Assembly: GCA_964563815.1 (NCBI GenBank)
Contig: CAZLYD010000001.1
Span: forward strand, 15,757-79,756
Length of the DNA stretch: 64,000 nucleotides
From: an uncultured Spirochaetaceae bacterium
GTDB lineage: Bacteria > Spirochaetota > Spirochaetia > Sphaerochaetales > Sphaerochaetaceae
Reading direction: 5' to 3'
Below the pieces are notes generated by a model, which was not told the DNA's origin, made no database searches, and saw nothing but the letters and a program-made list of their open reading frames with translations. This document shows positions 25,683 through 36,092 of the stretch, piece by piece. Each line of letters starts with the position of its first letter. Positions within the stretch are counted from its first letter, which is position 1. Position numbers and translations under genes: made by a program.

Positions 25683-26485
25683 AAAAAGAAGAAAGATTAG
25701 ACTACTTATTGGTACTACTACTATCCACATTTTCTTGGTTTACGATAGGTGGAATACTATCAATAGTCTTTGATTGCTTTTTTTCTTCTCCCCTTTCTCT
25801 TTATGTTAATGCTTTTATTCCTCATATCGTTTTATTTATAACGCTTATTATTTTGTCAAAAGCTTTACTAAAAAGACCACTGTTATCATTAATAAAGGAA
25901 GGAAGGTTAGATTTAAAGAAGGATTGCCTCATCCTTTTCGTCTCACTTCTCATTCTTTCTCTGCTTTCTCTATTTGAAAAGGATAAAATAACACCTTATA
26001 TAGGTACTAATAAGATAGCCTTTCTATTCCTCTCTATTATTCTTTTTATTCCACAAACGCTCTCTGAAGAGATAGCCTTTCGCACTTTAATTATTAAAGC
26101 TATCTCGCCAAAACGAAAAATAACGAAATTCCTTACAGCTTTACTCGGAGGCTTAGTATTCACACTTCCACATATTTTAAACAAAGAAGTAATTGAAAAC
26201 AGTACTCCGATTTTCCCTCTTCTTACATATTTTTTGTGGGGCTTTCTCTCTTTTCTACTCTATTTTTATTCAAACAATCTCGAATCCTGCTTAGTTTTAC
26301 ACTATGCGAATAATCTCTTTTGTTCATCTATTGTAGGAAATACGTCCTCTACTATTTTTTCCTCCCCATTCTTTGTTTCAGCTTCTTCCTATTCATCTTT
26401 TCTTCTACTTATTTCACCTTTATTGCTTTTTTCTGTTACTTTTTTCTTAGAATTTCTTTTTAATAGAAGAAGACAAACTTTCTAG
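25679..26485 (+). CDS. CPBP-family (CAAX-type) intramembrane metalloprotease
   Basis: Polytopic. Motifs: EEIAFRTL, FTLPHILN and HYANN. Confidence 0.75.
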   Translation: MKKEERLDYLLVLLLSTFSWFTIGGILSIVFDCFFSSPLSLYVNAFIPHIVLFITLIILSKALLKRPLLSLIKEGRLDLKKDCLILFVSLLILSLLSLFEKDKITPYIGTNKIAFLFLSIILFIPQTLSEEIAFRTLIIKAISPKRKITKFLTALLGGLVFTLPHILNKEVIENSTPIFPLLTYFLWGFLSFLLYFYSNNLESCLVLHYANNLFCSSIVGNTSSTIFSSPFFVSASSYSSFLLLISPLLLFSVTFFLEFLFNRRRQTF

Positions 26486-26497
26486 AGGGAAATAACA

Positions 26498-27514
26498 ATG
26501 GCAAAAAAGAAAAAAAGCAAGAAAAAGAAGAAAGCATTAACTAAAATACTGGGTCTTATTATTGGTTTAATTATTCTCTTTCTCCTCCTTTGTTTTATAA
26601 CACCAACAGAAAGTGAAGAAAAGCTTCAAAGCTTAGGCTTAATCGAAAATTTAGAAATACCAGCCCTAATTAATGGTGAGGAAGTTATAACACACACAGG
26701 ATACACACTTTCGTATAATGAAGAATATGAGCTTCCATCTTGGGTTGCATACGAGTTAACAAAAGAGGAAGTTACAACAATAGCAGTAGAAAGAAATGAT
26801 AACTTCAGAGAAGATGAGAGTGTTACTACAGGTTCTGCTACTCTCTCTGATTACCGTAAAAGCGGTTATGACAGAGGCCACATGGCACCAGCGGCAGACT
26901 TCAGATGGTCAGAAGATGCAATGAATGATACCTTCTATCTAAGTAATATGTGTCCGCAGCTCCACTCCTTCAATGCAGGTATTTGGAGTGATTTGGAGAG
27001 TGCTGTTCGCTCTATTGCATATGAAGACGAAGTGATCTACGTAGTTACAGGGCCAGTACTAACAGATGGTCCATATAAAACTATTGGAACAAATAACGTA
27101 GCAGTTCCAAATTACTTTTATAAGGTAATTCTTGATTACAACGATCCAATTATTAAAGCTATAGGCTTTATTCTTCCACACGAAAATTCAAAGGAAGGTC
27201 TCAGTTATTTTGCAGTAACGGTAGATGAAGTAGAAGAAATAACCGGTATCGATTTCTTCCCTTCTCTTCCTGACGAAATAGAAGAAGTAGTAGAGAGCAG
27301 TGTAGACCCGTCTTTATGGGCACTGCGTAATTATTCTCCTTCATCTTCCTCTATAAACAAGGAAGCCCTTGAATATACAAGTAATTCTACTATTAGCAAT
27401 AAAGACGAGATGAAAATAATAAGCGCATTCAACACTCTCTTCTTAGAACTAAAGAAAGAAGTATTTAGCTATTTAGGACTAACTAAAGAAGCAAGGAAGC
27501 TTGGCTTAATTTAA
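26498..27514 (+). CDS. membrane-anchored DNA/RNA non-specific endonuclease (NucA/EndoG-like)
   Basis: Poly-Lys N-terminus plus one TM helix. Active-site motif YDRGHMAPAADF, followed by SNMCPQ. Confidence 0.85.
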   Translation: MAKKKKSKKKKKALTKILGLIIGLIILFLLLCFITPTESEEKLQSLGLIENLEIPALINGEEVITHTGYTLSYNEEYELPSWVAYELTKEEVTTIAVERNDNFREDESVTTGSATLSDYRKSGYDRGHMAPAADFRWSEDAMNDTFYLSNMCPQLHSFNAGIWSDLESAVRSIAYEDEVIYVVTGPVLTDGPYKTIGTNNVAVPNYFYKVILDYNDPIIKAIGFILPHENSKEGLSYFAVTVDEVEEITGIDFFPSLPDEIEEVVESSVDPSLWALRNYSPSSSSINKEALEYTSNSTISNKDEMKIISAFNTLFLELKKEVFSYLGLTKEARKLGLI

Positions 27515-28404
27515 AATCTTCTTTTGAGCTCCTTTAGAATACTATCAACCTCTTCACCTTTTATTGTCTCTTTTTCTAAAGAGTAGACATAAAAGCGTGC
27601 GTCTTCACCCTTATTGATTCTCTCTTCTCCACTAATAGTTCTACTCTTCATATCTGTCCAAAGAGATGAAGAAATGTGGCTAGCAAACGAGCAGTCAACA
27701 AAGAGCGCCATAGGATTACGATTCCTTGCTCCCGAAGGAAACCATGGACGAGCAAGAAAAACTGAATTATCAGGCACAGAAGAATCGCTTTTGAAGACAG
27801 AATCATGGAAGACAAAACCAATTCTTTCATCACTAAAGGTAGAAGGGGCTGTAACGTACCCTGTATCTCGAGAAACTATATCACAGCCTTGAAAAAGAGC
27901 AGTACCAGCACCAAAGATAAAATCCACACTCCCCTTAATTGTGCAATCCTCTAGAATTGAAACACCATAATCAAGATATAAAGTATCCTGCCATCCTAAA
28001 AAGGTGCATGATCGAAAAAAAGAATTTGTTGCACCATAAGAAGTACGAAGAGCTACTGCTTGTAAATCTCTCTTATCTTCTTCATGCTCCTCATTCCATT
28101 TTTTACCACTTTTCCAATCAAAGCTATTAAGAAAAGTAACGCCAATTGCAGAAAAAGAAGGAGCGGATATAGTAACAGAAGCACTCTCTCCTGTGTTATA
28201 GACATAACCATTTCTCTCTTTACCATGGTAGTCATCGGTACTAATAATGGCACCTTTTTCACTAATGAGTGTGACATCTGGCCTATTAATAAAGACTTTT
28301 TCCCTCCATTCTCCCTCTTCCATTATTAATGTCAAAGGTCCTTCTGGTGCCTCACTAATAGTTTTATTAATAGAATCTTTAGGTGTAATCGTAATAGTTG
28401 TCAT
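27511..28404 (-). CDS. pectinesterase (CE8), no signal peptide
   Basis: QAVAL, WQDTLYL, GSVDFIFG and LARPWF motifs are all present. Confidence 0.8.
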   Translation of the reverse strand: MTTITITPKDSINKTISEAPEGPLTLIMEEGEWREKVFINRPDVTLISEKGAIISTDDYHGKERNGYVYNTGESASVTISAPSFSAIGVTFLNSFDWKSGKKWNEEHEEDKRDLQAVALRTSYGATNSFFRSCTFLGWQDTLYLDYGVSILEDCTIKGSVDFIFGAGTALFQGCDIVSRDTGYVTAPSTFSDERIGFVFHDSVFKSDSSVPDNSVFLARPWFPSGARNRNPMALFVDCSFASHISSSLWTDMKSRTISGEERINKGEDARFYVYSLEKETIKGEEVDSILKELKRRF

Positions 28405-28446
28405 ATTTTAATTATAAAGCAAAAGAACAAATACTCCTAGTTATCT

Positions 28447-29718
28447 CTATACTTGTGCTTTTCTATCTCTATATATCTTCTCTGTGGCAAACCTTGCTTT
28501 AGTAACAACAGCATACTCTTTAGGAGGAAAGAGATAGAAAATTCGCTTCTCGTCTCCGATACTTATCATATCACCAAGCTCGTACCAGTATATATCAGAG
28601 GAGAGCGAATATGAACTGAGAGGATGATAGTAGAAATCAATTTCACCATCATCACTAAGAAGGTGAAAGCCGTCTAGGGTGTGAGTTAATGTGCCATTAC
28701 CAACAAAATATATGGCAGAAAAATCAACCTGTAGAGCAATTCTAACAGGAAAAGAAAGAGCGTATTTACCTTCCTCGATCTCTCTTTCAGTCTCTTTTCT
28801 TTCCCAATCAAACCAATAAGGAATATGAGTAAAGAAATCTTTCCCATCCCTAGCTTTTAGCTCTCCATTTTCCTCCATTTCCCATTCTTTATTACAGCTA
28901 GAGCATTTTAAAGTAATTCCACTAGCTTTCATTTTTCCTTCTTCATGACAATTAGGACACTTATATAAAACACTCTCTAATCCTTCTGCTCTAAAGCTCT
29001 CACATATCTTTATTCCTTCATCCTTTTGCCATTTAAAGTGATCAAACAAAAAATAAGAAGAAATCTTTTTATTTATCTCATCAGTTGTCATTTTCTCTAT
29101 ATCATCTTTCGATAATAGATATTCCATCTTAGCTTTTACTTTAACCCTTCTTTTTCTTAGTAAATTATAGAGAGGGTCTCTATGAAATGCTCCATACGTA
29201 TTAATCATTACGACAGGAAGCTTTAAAAGCTTAATACATTTACCAAGACTATCCGGTAGTGGTGTTGGTGTTGTTCCAGCAAAGGAGTATGATGCCTCTG
29301 GATACATCAAAATTGATGTCTTAATTTTTCTAGCACAGTGTACAAGATCTCTTACCAATGCACTCTCACTGAAAAACTTATGTGTTGGTATACATCCAAT
29401 TTTTCTCATAAGCCATGCCTTAGAGACAAAGCCATCTGCCTCACAAACAATATTAAAAGGCCTAGGATAGAGAATATTAGATGCTATTTCTAAGTCTATA
29501 AATGAGGAATGATTCATCAAAAAGAAAGCATTTTCATTCTTTCCAAGCCTTTCCATTCCCCTTTTTTCACACTCAAAACTAGTAGCAATTAAATCTGGTA
29601 TCGACGCTATTCTCAAAAGAGTTCTAAAAAACAAATTAACTCTCTCTGGTTTTTTCCTTTTTTCAGGTATACGTTCTATTACTTCTCTGTACTTAGCTTC
29701 TTTTGTTTTTATCTTCAT
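28447..29718 (-). CDS. lysophospholipid/glycerol-3-phosphate acyltransferase-family protein with a C-terminal zinc-ribbon domain
   Basis: HX4D motif NHSSFID. CPNCHEEGK...CSSCNKEW supplies four Cys. Confidence 0.7.
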   Translation of the reverse strand: MKIKTKEAKYREVIERIPEKRKKPERVNLFFRTLLRIASIPDLIATSFECEKRGMERLGKNENAFFLMNHSSFIDLEIASNILYPRPFNIVCEADGFVSKAWLMRKIGCIPTHKFFSESALVRDLVHCARKIKTSILMYPEASYSFAGTTPTPLPDSLGKCIKLLKLPVVMINTYGAFHRDPLYNLLRKRRVKVKAKMEYLLSKDDIEKMTTDEINKKISSYFLFDHFKWQKDEGIKICESFRAEGLESVLYKCPNCHEEGKMKASGITLKCSSCNKEWEMEENGELKARDGKDFFTHIPYWFDWERKETEREIEEGKYALSFPVRIALQVDFSAIYFVGNGTLTHTLDGFHLLSDDGEIDFYYHPLSSYSLSSDIYWYELGDMISIGDEKRIFYLFPPKEYAVVTKARFATEKIYRDRKAQV

Positions 29719-29784
29719 AAAGTAAGTATAAATGAAAAAAGAATATTGATTAACGAAAATATATCCTTATTCTATAATGAATCT

Positions 29785-30615
29785 ATGGCAATACTATCTT
29801 CTCTTCATACACACAATACTTTTTGCGACGGCAAATCAAGTATTAAAGAAATGATTGAAAGCGCACTTTCTTTAAATTTTACTAGTATCGGAATCTCTTC
29901 TCATTGTTACACAGGTTATTCCTTTGACTCTTGTGGTATTAAGAAGGAGAAAGTAGAGGAATACTACAACACAGTCTTAAAGTACAAAGAAGATTATAAA
30001 GAAAGAATCAATATCTACCTAGGCTTAGAATTAGAAAGTAGAATAGCAGGCGAAGAAAGACCAACACTCGATCCCAGATTAGACTACACTATAGGCTCTG
30101 TACACTTATTTAGAACACCAAACGGAGTATTTAGCGTAGATAATACTCCCCAAGAATGGAAAAATGCTCTTAATGAGTATAACAACAACCATTTATCTTT
30201 AATTGAAGGCTATTTAGATGAGTTATACAGCTTTTCTTGCTCCTCTTCTTTTGATATCGTAGGGCACTTTGATCTATATACGAAATTTAATGAGAAGGAA
30301 AACCTATTTGATGAAGAAGACGATAGATATAAAAAATTAGCCCTCTACTATTTAGAAAAAATAGCCAAAGAAAATAAGATCTTTGAGGTTAATACTGGAG
30401 CTATGAGCAGAGGATGGAAAACAAAACCGTATCCAGCTATCTTCCTTTTAGAAAGACTCAAAAAGCTTAATGCCCCAATTATCGTTACTTCTGATTCTCA
30501 CAGTAAGGACACACTAAGCTATGGCTACAAGGAAACAGAAAGAATACTTAAGGATTTAGGCTTTACGAATCAAATGGCTCTTAGTGATAAAGGCTGGATT
30601 AATATAGCACTTTAA
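29785..30615 (+). CDS. histidinol-phosphatase-like PHP-family hydrolase (HisJ family)
   Basis: LHTHNTFCDGKSS metal-binding N-terminus, with GHFD and SDSH motifs. The ORF track uses TTG 29746. I prefer ATG 29785, but the start is uncertain. Confidence 0.7.
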   Translation: MAILSSLHTHNTFCDGKSSIKEMIESALSLNFTSIGISSHCYTGYSFDSCGIKKEKVEEYYNTVLKYKEDYKERINIYLGLELESRIAGEERPTLDPRLDYTIGSVHLFRTPNGVFSVDNTPQEWKNALNEYNNNHLSLIEGYLDELYSFSCSSSFDIVGHFDLYTKFNEKENLFDEEDDRYKKLALYYLEKIAKENKIFEVNTGAMSRGWKTKPYPAIFLLERLKKLNAPIIVTSDSHSKDTLSYGYKETERILKDLGFTNQMALSDKGWINIAL

Positions 30616-30683
30616 TATAGTTAGTTTTACAAATTAATTTATTTTTATTATTTCTCCGCTACAATTAAGGAAAGGAGAAAAAA

Positions 30684-33134
30684 ATGATTAATCTAAAAGG
30701 ACAATGGAAGCTAAGACCTATAAATATTGAAGAAAACAAATTTGGTATAACACAAGATAAAATATATTCAATAAATATTCCTGGAGATATCCACTCCTCT
30801 TTGATTGAACAAGAGGTAATTAATGACCCTTACTATGGTAAAAATGAAGACGACATCCTCTTCATTGGACGTGGGGATTGGAAGATAGAGAGAGAATTTG
30901 AATATAGTAAAAAAACAAAAAATTGTTATCTTAAATTAGAAAAATTAGATACTATTGCTACACTCTTTCTTAACGACAAAGAAGTTCAATCCTTTGATAA
31001 CGAACATAGAATCTATTTTGTTGACATTTCTTCTTTCCTTAAAGAGGGGAAAAATACAATATCCTTTGTTTTTAACTCAGCAGAAAAGGAAGCTATAAAG
31101 AGGAATAGCACCCTTCCTTATCCTATTCCATGTTCTCTCTATCCAAATGGTTCCCCTAATAGAAACCTAGTTAGAAAGACACAATGCAATGCAGGCTGGG
31201 ATTGGGGTATTTGCCTCATGACCATCGGTATATATACAGATCCAGTTATAATTGAAACAGATAGTGTCGTTCTAAAAGAATTTGCTGTTACTATAAGTAA
31301 AGAAGATGATATTTGGAAATTAGATTATACACTCTACTTACTTGGGTTAGAGGAAGATGAGAAGGAAGCTTCCTTCACCATATTAGACCAAGAAATAAAA
31401 GAAAAAATAAAAATTCAAAGGGGCGAATTTGTTTATAAGGAAACAATTACACTCGACGATTGCTTAGTCGAAAGATGGTGGCCAAGCGGTATGGGAGAAC
31501 AAAAGCTCTATGAAACGAAAGTAGAAATAGAAGGCCAAAGCAAAAAGCGCAAGGTTGGCTTCAGGACTCTCTCTGTTAGAAACAATAAAACCTTTGGAGG
31601 AAAAGAGTTAACAGTAGTTGTTAACGATGAACCCGTTTTCATGAAGGGCTCTAACTGGATTCCACTTGATGCTCTTCCTTCTCGTTGCACAAGAGAACGT
31701 TACTTTTCTATATTAAACGATGCAAAAAAAGCAAACATGAACGCAATAAGAGTATGGGGCGGTGGCTGGTATGAGATGGAAGATTTCTACGATGCATGTG
31801 ACGAATACGGCCTCCTAATCTGGCATGATATGATGTTTGCTTGCTCTACATACCCATCTCAAGATTGGTTCCTTGATTCAGTAAAAGAAGAAATAAGGGA
31901 CCAAATCAGAAGACTCAAGAGTAGACCATCTATCGCACTTTGGTGTGGAAACAATGAAGATTTAGGTGCTCTGGGCTGGTATGACGAAACAAAAGAAAAC
32001 AGAGAAAGGTACTTAAAGGACTATGAGAAGCTTAATGATGAAGCAGTAGGAAAAACTGTAATGGCAGAAGACGAAACTCGTATTTTCTGGCCTTCTTCAC
32101 CATGTGCAGGTCCCGGAGACTACAGTGATAACTGGCATAACGACGGAAATGGTGATATGCACTTCTGGTCAGTTTGGCACGAAGGTAAAGATTTTGAACA
32201 CTATCATACTGTTAAGCCCCGCTTCTGTTCAGAATTTGGTTACCAATCCTTTCCTAGCCCATATACAGTATCTACATTCTGTCCAAAAGAAGAATACTCT
32301 CTTACTTCTCCTACAATGCTTCATCATCAGCGTAATGATAGAGGTAATGAAATAATTACTGATGAGTTTTCTCGTCTATTTTCAATTCCTTCTTCATTCA
32401 TTAATAGTCTCTATCTATCACAGGTTCAACAAGCTTTAGCAATCGAGACAGCTGTAACATATTGGAGAAGCTTAATGCCTTATTGTATGGGAACACTAAT
32501 ATGGCAGCTAAATGATGTTTGGCCTGTCTCCTCTTGGTCCAGCATCGAATACAATGGAAAATGGAAAACACTTCATTATGCAATAAAGCACTTCTATGCT
32601 CCTATTGCTCCGCTATTATATAAAGACGATGATACAATTTTCGTTAAAGTAATTAACGAAGAAAACAAAAAGCGAAAGGTTAATATAAGAGTTAGAGTAT
32701 TCAGTTATGATGGAAAAACAAAGAAAGATAGCTCTTACTCAATCTTTATTAATGCAAAAAGCGTAAGAGAAATTGAAAGAATTAAAGAAGAAGATAGAGA
32801 AAATGAATTTGTAGTCGTTACTCTCTCAACTAATAAAACAATAGAAGAAAGATTCTTACTTTTTACTAAGCCGCAGGAAGCAAATATAAAAGCTTCTAAT
32901 AGCAAGATAAAGGATGTTAAAAAGTGTGGTAAGGATTATTCAATTACTCTTACCTCAACCAATCCTTCTCTTTTTGTTATTATTGATTCAACATCTATTA
33001 TCGGAAACTTCTCAGATAACTATCTTTTACTTCTCCCTGGAGAAGAAAAAACAGTTCTATTCTCACCAAAAGAAGAAACAGATATAGAAAAAGTAAAGGA
33101 AAGCCTAGTTCTCTGGGATATATCTAAAAAGTGA
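30684..33134 (+). CDS. GH2 beta-mannosidase
   Basis: 816 aa. Motifs: NAIRVWGGGWYE, WCGNNE (acid/base) and CSEFGYQSFP (nucleophile). The N-terminus is of the type GQWKLRP...IPGDIHS. Confidence 0.85.
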   Translation: MINLKGQWKLRPINIEENKFGITQDKIYSINIPGDIHSSLIEQEVINDPYYGKNEDDILFIGRGDWKIEREFEYSKKTKNCYLKLEKLDTIATLFLNDKEVQSFDNEHRIYFVDISSFLKEGKNTISFVFNSAEKEAIKRNSTLPYPIPCSLYPNGSPNRNLVRKTQCNAGWDWGICLMTIGIYTDPVIIETDSVVLKEFAVTISKEDDIWKLDYTLYLLGLEEDEKEASFTILDQEIKEKIKIQRGEFVYKETITLDDCLVERWWPSGMGEQKLYETKVEIEGQSKKRKVGFRTLSVRNNKTFGGKELTVVVNDEPVFMKGSNWIPLDALPSRCTRERYFSILNDAKKANMNAIRVWGGGWYEMEDFYDACDEYGLLIWHDMMFACSTYPSQDWFLDSVKEEIRDQIRRLKSRPSIALWCGNNEDLGALGWYDETKENRERYLKDYEKLNDEAVGKTVMAEDETRIFWPSSPCAGPGDYSDNWHNDGNGDMHFWSVWHEGKDFEHYHTVKPRFCSEFGYQSFPSPYTVSTFCPKEEYSLTSPTMLHHQRNDRGNEIITDEFSRLFSIPSSFINSLYLSQVQQALAIETAVTYWRSLMPYCMGTLIWQLNDVWPVSSWSSIEYNGKWKTLHYAIKHFYAPIAPLLYKDDDTIFVKVINEENKKRKVNIRVRVFSYDGKTKKDSSYSIFINAKSVREIERIKEEDRENEFVVVTLSTNKTIEERFLLFTKPQEANIKASNSKIKDVKKCGKDYSITLTSTNPSLFVIIDSTSIIGNFSDNYLLLLPGEEKTVLFSPKEETDIEKVKESLVLWDISKK

Positions 33135-33185
33135 ATTACTCGACAATTGTATTACCGTGGATTTCCTCTTAATATCCTAAAAGTT

Positions 33186-33217
33186 GAGTCACACCTCTCG
33201 GTGTGACTCTTCTCTTT
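33186..33217. terminator. terminator hairpin between the convergent GH2 and GH20 genes
   Basis: gagtcacacc-tctc-ggtgtgactc followed by ttctcttt. Confidence 0.65.
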
Positions 33218-34595
33218 ATACCCAAGGAGCTGGATTACAGAGTATATTAAGATTATAGCAAAGATCTGAAAGTGCCTTCTTTTTCTCCAATAAAGCATTC
33301 CAGTCCTTATTCTTACCTAGCCATAAATTCTCTGCCAAAATAAAAGCACGAGGGAAGTACATAAATTCAGCTTCTCTACCACTATCTATTTTTTCACACC
33401 ACAAATTACACTGAGCACCAAGAATAAGATCGGCTCTCTCCTTTCCTAACTCCTCTTCCATGCAAATATCTAGGTCAAAGAGAGGCAAAGAGAAGCCCTT
33501 ACTCAAATTACCCTTTTCCCAGCTATCATTAGTTGGATAACGATCTAAATAGCAACCATTTGTTTCAGGACAAAGAATAACCTCATGACCTCTCTTTGTA
33601 GCAATTCTAGCGCCATCTAACCCTCTCCAAGACATTACTACAACGTTTTCATCAATTTTAGGTGCATCTACAACCTCATCCCAACCAATAGCTCTCTTAC
33701 CATACTTTTTAACAAGAGAAGTAGCTTTAGTTGTAAACCAGCCCTGTAGATCATCTACATTATCAATTCCTTCCTTCTTCATCAAAGCAAGACAATCCTC
33801 ATTCTCAGCCCACTGCTTATGTGGACACTCATCGCCACCTATATGCAAGAATGGGCCAGAGAAAATAGAAGAAAGCGTCTCTATAGCTTTATCTAAAAAA
33901 GTCCAAAGTGCAGGAGAAGCTGGATTCATAACATTTTCAAAGATTCCATAGTTATCTTGAACAGGTATCTCTTTTCCTGTACATCCCATCTCAGGATATG
34001 CAGCAAGAAGTGCTTCTGCGTGTCCTGGCATTTCTATTTCAGGAATTACAGTAATTCCAAGGCTCTTTGAGTATTCTTCTATTTCTTTTAACTCATCTAA
34101 GCTATAGAAAGCTGAAACAACATGATGATTGTCATCATTTTCATATCTATTTCGTTTAGATGAGATTGTTTCCAATTTATCATATCCCTCAACAGGGAAG
34201 CGCCAACCCTGGTCATCTGTAAGATGGAAATGGAAATAATTATAACCAACCAAGGAGCAAGTTCTAATAATTCTTTTAACCTCTTCTATTGAGAAAGTCG
34301 CTCTAACGCAATCTAAATGAAATCCTCTATATCTATAGGAAGGTGAGTAAAATTCAAATTCGCAAATAGGTAAAAAATCTTCGTAGTGAATGAGAAGCTG
34401 ATCTATATAACGTAAAGCTTGGTTTTCTGTTTCATCGGAAGTAGAAATAATTGTTATTTTCCCTTCTTCAACTTTCACCTTATTAATATCAGCTCTTTCT
34501 TTAATAACAAGCTCTGGCTTTTTAATAAGCTTTTTAACTAATACATCCTTTGTTTTTATTGTTGGAACAAGAACCTTATCTAAGTATAAATTCAT
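33216..34595 (-). CDS. GH20 beta-N-acetylhexosaminidase
   Basis: Motifs: RGFHLDCVR, HFHLTDDQGWR and HIGGDE. I prefer ATG 34595, which is preceded by GAGGTG. The ORF-track GTG at 34604 lies inside that RBS. Confidence 0.85.
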   Translation of the reverse strand: MNLYLDKVLVPTIKTKDVLVKKLIKKPELVIKERADINKVKVEEGKITIISTSDETENQALRYIDQLLIHYEDFLPICEFEFYSPSYRYRGFHLDCVRATFSIEEVKRIIRTCSLVGYNYFHFHLTDDQGWRFPVEGYDKLETISSKRNRYENDDNHHVVSAFYSLDELKEIEEYSKSLGITVIPEIEMPGHAEALLAAYPEMGCTGKEIPVQDNYGIFENVMNPASPALWTFLDKAIETLSSIFSGPFLHIGGDECPHKQWAENEDCLALMKKEGIDNVDDLQGWFTTKATSLVKKYGKRAIGWDEVVDAPKIDENVVVMSWRGLDGARIATKRGHEVILCPETNGCYLDRYPTNDSWEKGNLSKGFSLPLFDLDICMEEELGKERADLILGAQCNLWCEKIDSGREAEFMYFPRAFILAENLWLGKNKDWNALLEKKKALSDLCYNLNILCNPAPWV

Positions 34596-34662
34596 AGAAA
34601 TCACCTCTATATAAATGCGGGCCGAACTCGACCCGCACCAATTTTAAGTTATAGGTCTAAAA

Positions 34663-36003
34663 TTACTTACCAATGAATGCATTCCATGCAGCGTTTACTG
34701 TGCTAGCAGCCTTTTCAACTGTTGTTGTTCCAAGACCGATTTCAGCAAGAACAGTATTAATAACTTCATAAACAGCTGGATCAAGAACGCCGTCGATAAC
34801 TGGAGTAGCAACTTCAATTCTATTATACCAATCAGCTCTCTTAGCTACGAGTGGTTCGAGGTTGTTTTCTTCACAAACCTTAGCAACGTCGATAGTTGTG
34901 AGTGATGGGAATGCAGCACCAGTTGTAAGTCTCCATGTCTGAGCATATTCGCCCTGGAGGAACTTGATGAGTTCCCAAGCTGCAGCTTCTTCTTTAGAAC
35001 CAGCTGGGATATCAGCACTCATTGCCCAACCTGTACCTACGACAGAAGAGTTAGAGTTATGAACAACTTCGCCCTTGAGTTCTGGGAAGTTAATGAGTTC
35101 AACATCTGTTTCCTGAGCTGCTGGAGAGAAGAGAGCCTGACCTGTTGTGACGTCTGTCTGGAATGAACCACAAGCCCAGTCGCCATCGATATAGAATGCA
35201 GACTTACCATTAGCAAAGTCACCACGACCAGAACCATAAGAGATAGAAAGAGTATTTCTGTTGATAACTCCATCCTTATAGAGGTTGTCGAGAGCTGTAA
35301 GAGCGTTAATAAACCAATCATCTTCGAAATCGATTTCGCCTGCAGCGAGTCTGTCAGCCCAATCAACTCCACCAAATCTTCCACAGAGAAGAGAGAAGAG
35401 ACAAGACTGCATTACCCAACCATCCATACAATCCATTGTTATTACTTCGATTCCCTTAGCGTTGAGAACTGGAACCATTGCTACTAAGTCTTCATATGTC
35501 TTAGGCATTTCAAGTCCGTTTTCTCTGAGAACCTTTGTGTTAACAAACATCATGGATGTAGCTGTGATACCGTTTGGAAGTTCTCCAAGATATCCACCAA
35601 GCTGTGGAGCAATTGCAACAGCGCTATAATCATCTACGAGGCCATCTTTTTCCAAGAATGGAGTTAAGTCCTTGAGTAAACCTTCTGTGTGAAGAGTACT
35701 ACTTCTTCCACTTGGCCAAGCATACATAACATCTGGAAGATTTCCCTGTGCAGCATATGCTTCAATCTTCTGATGATAAGGCTCGTTGAAGAGGTCTTCT
35801 CTGATAACCTGAATGTCTGGGTGTTCTTCTGTGAACTTATTCCAGATACGTTCAATTTCGTTAGCACTGTTTGGTTCTGACATGTCGATATAGTTCAGAA
35901 CTCTGATTGTTGTCTTTCCGCTATTAGCTTCTGACTGTCCCTGAGCGAAAAGAGCTGTTGTTGCAAGAGCAATAACAAGAACAACTGTTAATAACTTTTT
36001 CAT
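34663..36003 (-). CDS. carbohydrate ABC transporter substrate-binding protein
   Basis: 446 aa. Signal peptide MKKLLTVVLVIALATTALFAQG, AAGGAGG RBS and family-1 SBP-like composition. Confidence 0.8.
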   Translation of the reverse strand: MKKLLTVVLVIALATTALFAQGQSEANSGKTTIRVLNYIDMSEPNSANEIERIWNKFTEEHPDIQVIREDLFNEPYHQKIEAYAAQGNLPDVMYAWPSGRSSTLHTEGLLKDLTPFLEKDGLVDDYSAVAIAPQLGGYLGELPNGITATSMMFVNTKVLRENGLEMPKTYEDLVAMVPVLNAKGIEVITMDCMDGWVMQSCLFSLLCGRFGGVDWADRLAAGEIDFEDDWFINALTALDNLYKDGVINRNTLSISYGSGRGDFANGKSAFYIDGDWACGSFQTDVTTGQALFSPAAQETDVELINFPELKGEVVHNSNSSVVGTGWAMSADIPAGSKEEAAAWELIKFLQGEYAQTWRLTTGAAFPSLTTIDVAKVCEENNLEPLVAKRADWYNRIEVATPVIDGVLDPAVYEVINTVLAEIGLGTTTVEKAASTVNAAWNAFIGK

Positions 36004-36092
36004 CTTTTCCTCCTTGTGATGAAAAACCTTTGAGTAGACATAAGCCTACATACGTTTACATATTTAACAAACAGCTTATGCTGTCTATTTCC

